From Kiloniellaceae bacterium (GTDB lineage Bacteria > Pseudomonadota > Alphaproteobacteria > Kiloniellales > J153): 46,813 nt of DNA. The notes under the pieces were generated by a model that saw only the letters and a list, made by a program, of their open reading frames with translations, searched no databases and had not been told where the DNA came from. The translations under genes were made by a program, and so were the position numbers. The stretch is from positions 1-46,813 of the forward strand of contig JAJFGI010000361.1 of assembly GCA_021776215.1 (NCBI GenBank). The letters run 5' to 3'. Of this stretch, positions 38,301 to 44,900 are shown piece by piece (position 1 is the stretch's first letter; each line of letters opens with the position of its first letter).

Positions 38301-41300
38301 AGGTCGGCAAGAAATTCAAGGTCGAAGTTGTCTGTGTTCCGGCCGGGACGGCACTGGCTTTGAAAGCCACCCAGAAGATCGCGCTCGAGGAAGGCATCCG
38401 GTCGAGCAAGGGCCAGATGATGGTCGCTTCCAGCGGACAGTCGGAGAACCTCGTCGAGAAGTGGGCGTTCCGCACCTTCTGGCATCCGCAAGCCGTCGGC
38501 TTGTTGCGTACCGCTGAAGGGCTCGGGGTGCCGAGAATGTTGGCATACCGTAACCAGGCTCTCGATTCGTCGAGTGATCTGCAGGTCGAAGCTGCACGTC
38601 AGGATTTCTTCAGCTGGTATGACCCTTCCGGCGTCGTGTCGAACGATTGGCCGACCGCGAAGGTCGACTTCTCTGTCGATGGCGCGTACGCCGACTACAA
38701 CTGGGAACTCTTCTACCACTGCCCGTTGTTGATCGCGCAACGCTTGAGCGAAGCCGGGCGATTCGAAGAGGCGGAGCGGTGGTTCAGACTCCTATACGAC
38801 CCCACGCAAGGTCGGCTAGTGAACGACCCCGCGCTGGCCAACCAGACGTTCCCGCTGAGGCATGCCGAAGATCGACGCGTTGAGGACATGCTTCACCTCC
38901 TCGAAAGCGGGAGTGTCCGAGAAGAGTTCGAAAAGCAGGTCGAGCGGCTCAATCGATACCCGTACCAGCCGCATCTGATCGCGCGGCACCGTGTTTCCGC
39001 CTACCAAAAGGCGCTTTTTATGCGCTATCTCGATCATCTGATCGCATGGGGAGACATGTTGTTCCGACGCGCGTACGGGTCCGACAACCGCAGCGACCTA
39101 GAAACTGCCTCAGCTCGCTACGATCTCGTGGCCAAGCTCCTAGGGAAACGGCCCGACTCGATGCCGGATCGTACGGGGGGCACGGTCGGATGTTTCATTA
39201 GCCTCATCATGGGGTCGGGGGCTACGAGCATCGAGGACGTCCGGCTGTGGGATCCGGTCGCTCGCTTTTCCGAGCTCATCGATGGAACTCGGGTGACGAG
39301 TGGCCCGCTCGCCAACGACGGGGAGGGGGTGCCGGAACTGTATTTCTGCGTTCCGCACAACGACAAGCTCCTTGAGTACTGGGACACCTTGGCAGAGAGG
39401 CTCTCGAACCTCAGGAACTGCAGAGACATCGAGGGCGTCGAGCGGACCCTGTCTCTGTATGGCGCAAGGATCGACCCCGGACTGCTCGTCCGAGCGACCG
39501 CGGAGGGGCTCGACATCGACGTCTTGCTCGGATACCTGTCGGCTCCCCTGCCGCGCTTCCGCTTCACCGCGATGTTGCAGCGTGCCCGTGAAGCGGCCGA
39601 TCGCGCGCGCAGTTTCGGGGAATCGCTGCTGTCGGCGATTGAGAAGCGCGAGAGTGAAGGGCTTGCTCGGCTCCGAGCTGGCCAAGAGCTGTCGCTGCTC
39701 AAGGCGGTCAAGCTAGTTCGCAGCGAGCAGCTCGATGAAGCACGGGAGTCGCTCAAAGCCCTCCGGAAGTCGCTGGCAGCGGCCGAGGTGCGCCTGGACT
39801 TCTACACCTCGCGCGACCGCATCAGCTTCAAAGAACGGAGCGAGGGCGAGGCGCTGAGCGAGGCGGGCTCGGCCGAGCAGCAAGCAGCTTCTGCGGCGGC
39901 GACGGCGTCGGATTGGGCCTGGGTACCGAACCTTGAGATCACGGCGCGGGCGGGCGTTACGGCCACGCCACCGTACTACTATGCCGAGGCTGGCGTCGGT
40001 TCGAGGTACTCCGTCGGCGGCGACACCGGCGTCAAAGTCTACCAAAACAAGGCTGATGGACTTCGCAACGAAGCCGCGGCACAGAGGGTCAAGGCGGCTC
40101 TCGTTGGCCGGCAGGGAAGCTTCGACCGACGCTGGGAAGACTGGGAACTCCAGGCCGACCTGGCACGCAAAGACATTCAGCAGATCGGGCGGCAGATTAC
40201 CGCGGCAGAGATCCGAATCGCGATTGCCGAGATCGAGCGCGACAACCAACAGCTGCAGATCGACAACGCACAGGCAGTGGACGCCTTCCTGCGGGACAAA
40301 TTCACCAACGCGCAGCTATATCGGTGGATCGAGTCGCGCTTGTCGCGTGTCTACTACCAGCAATACCGACTCGCCTTTGACCTCGCACACAAGGCGCAGC
40401 GCGCCCTTTACTACGAGCTGGGATTGGCCGACGCACCCCCGCTGCCTGATGCATGGGACGCCCAGAACCGCGGGATGGAGGCCGCCGCGATGCTCCAGCA
40501 CGAACTTCAGAAACTGCAGCAGACGCACATCGACGCGTGGCGACGCGAGCACGAGAAGACAAAGATCTTCTCGTTGTATCGTCGACAGCCGTTGGCCTTC
40601 ATCGACCTGCGGGAGACCGGGTCATGTGTGTTCGAGATCGTCGAAATGGACCTGGACGAGGACGAGCCAGGGGACTACTTCCGGCGCATCAAGGCGGTCT
40701 TTGTCGATATCCCCTGCGTTCGGGGGCCAGACGTATCTGTGAACGCACGGCTGACCTTGCTGAGAAGCACGGTGCGGACGCAGTCTCACCGGGCAACCGA
40801 TCCCTACTATCCTCGCGAGGAGGGCTCAGACGGGATCGAGGACAAGCGTTTCCGTGACGACCCCGGTGGAGTCGACCACATCGTGACCAGCAGTGGCGTG
40901 AACGATGCTGGCCTCCACGAGGCAAACCTCGCCGATGAGACCCGGCTCCCGTTTGAAGGGGCCGGGGTCATCAGTACGTGGTGCCTGGAGCTGCCATTGG
41001 AAACAAATCTCTTCGACCGAGCCTCGCTGAGCGACGTCAAGTTGAGGATTCTCTACACGGGCAGGGCAGGGGCCGAGCCGGCAAGGGCCGCGGCTCTCGA
41101 TGCAAGACGGGCTACGATGGCGGATCGGCCCAAGCCTGTGATGTTCGACCTGGGGACCAAGGCGCCGGACGAGTGGCATCGTTTCGTGCACGGCGGCGTC
41201 GACGGGCACGAGCTGAACTTGAGTGTGACGCGGGATGACCTGCCGCGAGGCGTAGGCGACCCACGGATCGTTGCGACGGATGTTTGCTTCGAAATGCAGG

Positions 41301-41482
41301 ACGGCGAGACGCTTCAGGTCGTCGGCGGTGACGCAGTCGGGACGATTCGCTCCGAGCGCGGGATGACATGCCTCAAGCTTCGTTCGCCGTTGAGGCTGGG
41401 AGAAGAGTTGGTTCTCCGCCTTGCGGCTAACTCTGGCGTTCCGGTGCGAGCCGACCTGCTCGTCTGGCTGCGCAGCGAGTAA
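29354..41482 (+). CDS. Tc toxin complex subunit A-like protein (4042 aa)
   Basis: VRP1/SpvA-like CECAHCRSIFGPAAYL; ABC-toxin N region TSRVQFA..YRLWEANRRVFVHPENWLEP; YNWELFYH; FCVPHNDKLLEYWD; RRWEDWELQ; KFTNAQLYRW; TcB-binding RRIK..IPCVRGP..LPFEGAGVISTWCLELP. Confidence 0.92.
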   Translation: MSRHQLEVGEVWFGTNDAPVPSGPREVSTPSVTVGVSPVLEDPVVHVRYRRRGGTWKRLQLRPVRSGPEGQFLAATFPPLPSGARIEYAVFFRSGGRRPTAERRVGESLSFQVSGSPPRPSSPNATPAAPGPGRSGTPAAAVPELARSPVGERSQRDAALEPDREARRLSSNDVAASRLLEALERHGIGRLEELRKLSATDLRDLLDSAGPLASGASTNAELVGKTPVPKRGSRSGAAPESEAGSPEATAPADSARPPADHDGAISGLVLRPRGFSQLETIEIRAYADPDLSQEIGTSHCDVTGRFVVAVSRAAEARPAWFRWSTEEAFGRTPVFEPRLPGQPFWVCPYRLAVHPGAAGRLTRRSGRVLASTGAPVVGAQVWLVEHALRGCQYLTSTETSDDGSFRLAFPTDALLDAAQPDLRFLAFGGPARPLIASRSADLVLPVESVDVRSLYEDIGDAVRRHSHEGDPRLAPEQAAYIERRTGVSARAILAFERAQELALAAGADPAVAFALLRAPVAHDFEAMLLDSVHLGVVPSTVLSRPAQQSPGVAELSGDSGRLLDVMRGPELGGVWAEIKTPEERLALLRRWNDAATPDDFEDQLRTDAELRSAAPRLRRMLELSNTVGEAPELVKSLVASLPESEGLGTLATWSVGRWEHHLTEARITPVAAFGGGEDGLRAYAGHLSKRFAARYPLSAAGELALRSDRDFARLDHAKVVDTRAAATFGGIRSASRKKRTKKLHAAASIQAVAGQVEAASRLLEDGVGTARAAARMGRREFTSQFGEAFVGGEVDAAVAHTRARRTAALGNYAFVALAGNATAARGLASPELKGKQRERASEALKIRDPVELDRTWEELSGRFGRSFCECAHCRSIFGPAAYLFDMLLFLHRFTTAPEPHSMIGKRLLQTLMERRVDVLQLHLSCENTNVEVPQIDLVNELLWDLVDASAPEPSRPLPVVCQDNEEPIGPIECAADVPPSSSSPKGAEEAERPDGVVTDNRFRCAGPERETQGTSAERRASPQNEPPPSVLNRLKGAGFPWTLPYDHTRDKAWQATNALAVDRAELALELWRLAEAGAQDQGLAALETLASQFLNLSDGQRALLVTPPYSLADVWGPAVAAAVVDGSGPTLDSLRVAGELNFSALDAALTSVFVSGEGERTYELLPAFSCDASDVRLVGAKKELCRILDRLHRFERLRRHLGWPVHVLDGALDWLGGELGDEVLVALGALKFLEAKLDVSPQQVLALFHDPSATRRTSLVAGKTHESSFSKLFGDAGTQLPLSDDPEAAISLISGLSGEEPSAVRFVLEQGYADSVDEELSGSANIFAFADPHATIRRAATATCRATRLARAVRLPAADLVHLIKTFDADPFPWPGNAVPPQTRILNAVRLLSLADESRSWHLDPVDVRYVATTDRSIERSRGLDAEVVGQTWLALLAAVAERQSKHETESLSGRALLRQALNELLRPASPDGATATALESTVSRLMDLLSWHALFPELLDHAVALLPASIPATEYPVPEEAADGLWDPIAGQLAGWIEAGFPDARADVPAADDDETTESCVCPSETGEATVAPLTDGEEGAGVLQVDVGTAAYATAEGDLFAAAQQYLALGSEADQTELVASLANLLSSLGIDLEPSGVASLAARYVRRAVEYAANSHAESLEASAQLWSDVLLVAATRRDVEDLVAAALASLCSVDQEVVELLLRILCEPDTESPLLRAFVAEDGTIPRIAQSLPTAHYSRQSAAADVLPNEAWVRAEPSLHLDWTSTPPPDGLGVNEFSVQLEARFSVDSLLESGRAASLVLGTTGTATLGLVATTTDETVLIADGEGALEFIDAPAGRVDTFIAGLSGRQELVTLRVSYEAPAAPGAAVLRVTARADDEILETAWPGNLRDSILLLHKATRVVGAAKLPAQIWQALPTSSTEIDLDALPLKPTEPRWTNAWLQLSRLPEIWSRRASDDLWPELFALVGAEPLSFPATSQALLGLSDGEIEQLRSQSEPQSSGPRFPVGRRLPPRRALLPARPPAPLSPTMPALEPAAAMPTGLTDAQVEGLRGLAVDASDRRRSRRDPIRVRQLPQALRLIDLSRRLGVSFTVLLRWDEHTSRERYAHSVGALRSQLPQPGWFEALATINDPVRERLRDAMVAWLTSHSRIVSPPGQPPLQTVPPFESAEVLSDSLFTDVQVSSCLQTSRVQFAYSAVLRYVDAMRLGFEPGPQPGERERFEREWSWRRQYRLWEANRRVFVHPENWLEPDLRPEKTELFGHFEDELMSRPLTSRAGERALVGYAKELAGIARPEVIAIVDQQEQPDLHVPYGFRDPDLAGTHVFARTRTQPRKIYYRRRHPTQDGRWTPWEELPAELPGTHYLAVVVFGRVRLIAATVEAVSPSKRGKCEPPEANAGLPDSGGPNPETEVSFTWMDRQHGQWTPPASMQRYSVTAELEAQVSHEEIWNASFPWGEFEALSWDLGLLDKLDVRVKFGANGPAKGSKLNVSLKSAGSSKLLKAWKAPSNYANKTLTVSNTLAENDDVSSAEDVLGIQLDWRPRTDHVDYWIAYGIAFPFIGEPIATGIAAAIIADQGLERDDVEITGVSVVFKNDALGRTLPAIDVPMETDRTPAMSRRPSKSSAIFEAKDGFPVWLTAGPRYAGISLGSAWRYFEAQVQVSPDAIPPQPSMFESCATPKHHSVDLGRALSLRVERLADDSFDIVVRVNDRTFEHGEAATKFALTNDAVVANPETCAWRDKGWVDGAPLCTKLKTRPRDALTLRVFADGSSARIAFGSSGQVEHEGTRRDRQDLVTEKACLETPSWMSTAFPMYCSGTRAVSAPTCYRLVVPSDEPVSSFHGPKVVDEDSTEDQLGRTFFVERIWEPGPEKKKSAGIAERCYKVPIFEGPEPELGWEEQVHGAPVKWPEVNGPLTQSPPDWRLGPGGKFAKMPGHVVRSWDSVPAGFPPIVDFESGGFMQPVGIDKGLALMSGGTIEDWQVGKKFKVEVVCVPAGTALALKATQKIALEEGIRSSKGQMMVASSGQSENLVEKWAFRTFWHPQAVGLLRTAEGLGVPRMLAYRNQALDSSSDLQVEAARQDFFSWYDPSGVVSNDWPTAKVDFSVDGAYADYNWELFYHCPLLIAQRLSEAGRFEEAERWFRLLYDPTQGRLVNDPALANQTFPLRHAEDRRVEDMLHLLESGSVREEFEKQVERLNRYPYQPHLIARHRVSAYQKALFMRYLDHLIAWGDMLFRRAYGSDNRSDLETASARYDLVAKLLGKRPDSMPDRTGGTVGCFISLIMGSGATSIEDVRLWDPVARFSELIDGTRVTSGPLANDGEGVPELYFCVPHNDKLLEYWDTLAERLSNLRNCRDIEGVERTLSLYGARIDPGLLVRATAEGLDIDVLLGYLSAPLPRFRFTAMLQRAREAADRARSFGESLLSAIEKRESEGLARLRAGQELSLLKAVKLVRSEQLDEARESLKALRKSLAAAEVRLDFYTSRDRISFKERSEGEALSEAGSAEQQAASAAATASDWAWVPNLEITARAGVTATPPYYYAEAGVGSRYSVGGDTGVKVYQNKADGLRNEAAAQRVKAALVGRQGSFDRRWEDWELQADLARKDIQQIGRQITAAEIRIAIAEIERDNQQLQIDNAQAVDAFLRDKFTNAQLYRWIESRLSRVYYQQYRLAFDLAHKAQRALYYELGLADAPPLPDAWDAQNRGMEAAAMLQHELQKLQQTHIDAWRREHEKTKIFSLYRRQPLAFIDLRETGSCVFEIVEMDLDEDEPGDYFRRIKAVFVDIPCVRGPDVSVNARLTLLRSTVRTQSHRATDPYYPREEGSDGIEDKRFRDDPGGVDHIVTSSGVNDAGLHEANLADETRLPFEGAGVISTWCLELPLETNLFDRASLSDVKLRILYTGRAGAEPARAAALDARRATMADRPKPVMFDLGTKAPDEWHRFVHGGVDGHELNLSVTRDDLPRGVGDPRIVATDVCFEMQDGETLQVVGGDAVGTIRSERGMTCLKLRSPLRLGEELVLRLAANSGVPVRADLLVWLRSE

Positions 41483-41530
41483 GCTGGTGCGGTGCTCTAG
41501 CGCTTTCCTCCCTTCCTCCGCGCGGCTTCG

Positions 41531-41941
41531 CTACTTTGGCAGGCTAGCCTGGTAGCGCTCAAGGAACGCGGCGAGGTCTTCCGTCAATCCTGCGAAGTCG
41601 ATCTCTCTGGCCAGCGCGTTCCCCGATGACTGAAGCACTGCCGGAGCGTCGGCGACTGCAGTGGCTATTCTCTCCTCCAAGTTGCTTCTGTCGTCCAGCG
41701 TGCATCCGATATCGATAGAGATGTACTTGCCGCCGACGTCGACATCTACGTTACCGGCCCCAGACAGCCCGTACTTGCTGATGTCGCCATCAACCCGCAG
41801 CACGAATGCAAGCTTCCGCACCGGGAACGCTCGGATACCTCCGCCGCCGCTCGCGGCCCGAAGCGCCTTGAAGTGTGGGAGCACGGCCTGCGCGGCGTCC
41901 CTGCCACCGAACTGAGCGGAGACGTCAAGTACGGCCCTCAT
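41531..41941 (-). CDS. Immunity protein, Imm12-like
   Basis: Starts 1 bp after toxin stop; FVLRVDGDIS..G...KYISIDIG pattern. Confidence 0.7.
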   Translation of the reverse strand: MRAVLDVSAQFGGRDAAQAVLPHFKALRAASGGGGIRAFPVRKLAFVLRVDGDISKYGLSGAGNVDVDVGGKYISIDIGCTLDDRSNLEERIATAVADAPAVLQSSGNALAREIDFAGLTEDLAAFLERYQASLPK

Positions 41942-41942
41942 C

Positions 41943-44900
41943 TCAGGGGTTGCTCCGCTTCCCCGCCCAGGGTTCGCGATTCAATGGTCCTGGGCTCACC
42001 TCAACGAGGTTCCGTTCAACCTTCAGCATGTCTCGTCTCGGTCCGCGTTGTGTCTCGATCAGATACCCACCGTCGAGTTCTCCCTGAGAGTACCGCCGGC
42101 TGGGATCCTGCGAAATCCCGTGCTTCAAGAAGTTGTCGTCGGCGTCGTATCGTTCGTAGAGTACAGCCTCCTGGTCGCCGGCTGTGTTTCCGTGTGTAGA
42201 GCTACTTGAACGCTCTTTCGGTCCGCCGTCGGGTGCGAAGGTCCCGTCGCGATTGCGCAGTCGGCCGTTCGTATCTCGGAACTGTCCTGCAGGATCTCCG
42301 CCGGAACCCTTCTTCCGGTCCAACCAGCCCTGCAGGCGCTTCACCAGCCCCGGAGCCATCTTCTTTGCAAACACGACCGCCGCGGCCACCAGCGCGCCCG
42401 CCATCAGGAGCGATGCAGCCTCCATCGATAGGCCCTCGCCCGCCTGCAAACGCTCGTAGGCGGCCATGACCTGCTCGCCGGCCGCGCCAAGCCCGTCCAG
42501 CATGTTGGGCAGATTCTGGACGAGCTCCTTCAGGTCGTACGCGATGCTGCCAGCAACGAAAGCCTGGCCCACAAGCGGGAAGAGCGCGATGACGCCACGG
42601 ATTCCCTGCCCAATAATGGCTTCGCGCAACGCCTCATACGCAGCGTCGCCAAGGATCTCGACGGCACCGGCGAGCGCCGTCGCCCAGTCTGTGATCGATC
42701 CAGGATCAAAGAGCTCAGCTTCTGGAGGCCCGCGTGCGCCGCCGCCACTGCTCGAAACCGGGTCCGGATGCTCCGAGGTCAAGGACATGCCCATCTCGTT
42801 CTCGAGGGCAGTGGAAGGAGGCGTGGTGGTCTGGGTTCCCGTCGCGTCGACGTATCGGACGGGGTTGTTCCGCGCGTAGCGGTAGAGGTTCAAGCCGTCG
42901 ACTAGCCCGGCGGGGTCGGCAGAGCACCAACGGCCCAACCACGGGGCGTAATACCTTGCTTCGCAGTAGTCGAGACTCGTCTCCTCGTCCCGCTCTTTCC
43001 CGTTGTACCTGTACCGTTTGGCCGGGGCATCGACGCCGGACCGTGCTGCCTGATACGCAGTACCTCCGAAGGGATAGTACTCCTCGTACGAGATGATCCT
43101 GCCGTCTCGGTCGGTCTCGATCACACTCGAGCCGAGGTGATTGCTTGCCTGAAAGCGTTCGCGCGCAGCCAGGACCGGCACGTCACTTCCGTCTTCTCTG
43201 ATTTTCGTTTCAAGAAGGCAGGCCCGCCCGGTCCCGTCGCTGATGTCGAGCGCGGACCGTTCGAAATCCAGCGTGCCGTTGGCGTGTCTTCGAAAAGTCT
43301 CGTAGCCGCCGAAGTAGATGCGCTCCTCGGTGTGGGTCGACTTCACCACCAGCTTCCGTACCCGGCGCGCGTCGGCGCCGTAGCTGTAGTGCGCGGTTCC
43401 TCCGCCACCGAGATCAGCTGTGACCAGGCGGTCCGCATGGTCCCACCCGATCGACGGGAGATGCTGCATCGCAGTCATGTTCCCGTTCGGGTCGTAGGTG
43501 TACGGCGCCGAGTACGGGCGAGAGGCCGTTGACGCGCAATGCTGCCCTTCGTTGGGGACCTCGTCGCCCGGAAGACTCGTGCAGAGCAGTCGGTTGCTTA
43601 GCGCGCTGCCTGCATCATCGCACTCGTACGCGTAGTAGCGCGTCCAACCCAGAGTGCCCGCTTGATGTGCGACCTTCTGCAGGTTGCCTGAATCGTCGTA
43701 CTCGTAGCGCTCAACGTAGCGCTGCAGTGCCTGCCCATCGTTGGGATGGCGCAGGGGGCGGGTTCCAAACCTTTGGGAAGTCGGCTGCTGTGCCGAGTGC
43801 TCCCGGCCCTCGGCGTGAATCAGCTGGTACAGCGCGTCGTACTCATAGCGCGCCGTGGCCTCGACAACCGCACCGTCGAAGAATGTTGTCTGCTGGGCTG
43901 CGTCGCGAATCTCGACAACGTTCCCCACCGCGTCATGGGCATACGTGAGGTCCTGCAGGCTATCGCCAGGCCCGCGGACGGTGCGGAGGCGGGTCAGCCG
44001 AAACGTTTCTCTGTCGAAGGTGCGGTGCGTCTGCGTGCCGTTTCCATAGGCGACTCGGGTGCGTTGCCCGCGTTCGTTGTAGTCAATCCCATCGACGATG
44101 GGGATCGGGTCGCCAACGCCACGAACCTGGACCACGAGGCTCTCCAGCAGACGCGACTCATTGTAGACGGGCGTCGATACGCTGCCGTCGGGGGCGATGC
44201 TGAGCGCGACCCGATCGAGTGCGTCGTATCGGCTGCGAATGGAGAACACTTCGGACTCGAGGCTTGGCTCCGATTCAGACCTCGCGGCAGCGGGGCTGAG
44301 CTCGGGTGCCAGGGCAGCCCAGTTCGGGATGTTCGTCGCGTTGCGAGTGAGTCGACGCGTGCTCTGGAGGAGATTGCCCTTGAAGTCATACGCTACGTTC
44401 TCCGCAGCCCCGGCTCCGTCGTATTCAAGATAGACGCGGCCGCGGAGATTGAGGCTCGCATCAGGGGCATCTTGCGCATCACCGTAGAGGATCCGGTGCA
44501 CCAGCTCTGGCGTCTGCCCGGTGGCTGCAACCCAGACGTGGGTCAGCCTCTGAAGTTGATCGAACTCGCGTCGGAATCTCTGGCCGAGGCCGTCCCAGGA
44601 GCGAACTGGCTTGTCCGCGACATCAAGAAGACTCAAGCGTTCGCCGCTATCGGAGGAGCGGCTCCACAGGACCCGCCCCGCAGCATCGAACTCTTGACGG
44701 AGCACCGTTACACCCCGGCCGTCGACAATGGTCGTTTGGTTGCCCTCCACGTCGAGCTCCACTCGCACCTCCGTATATCGATCCTGGGACATACCGAGCT
44801 GCTCGGTGCGATTGTGCGTGACTGTGAGGAACGCGCGACCGAGGGAGTCCAGCGCAGAGACCGTCGGCGTACCTGAGTGCTTTGCAGTCAGCCGTGCTGC

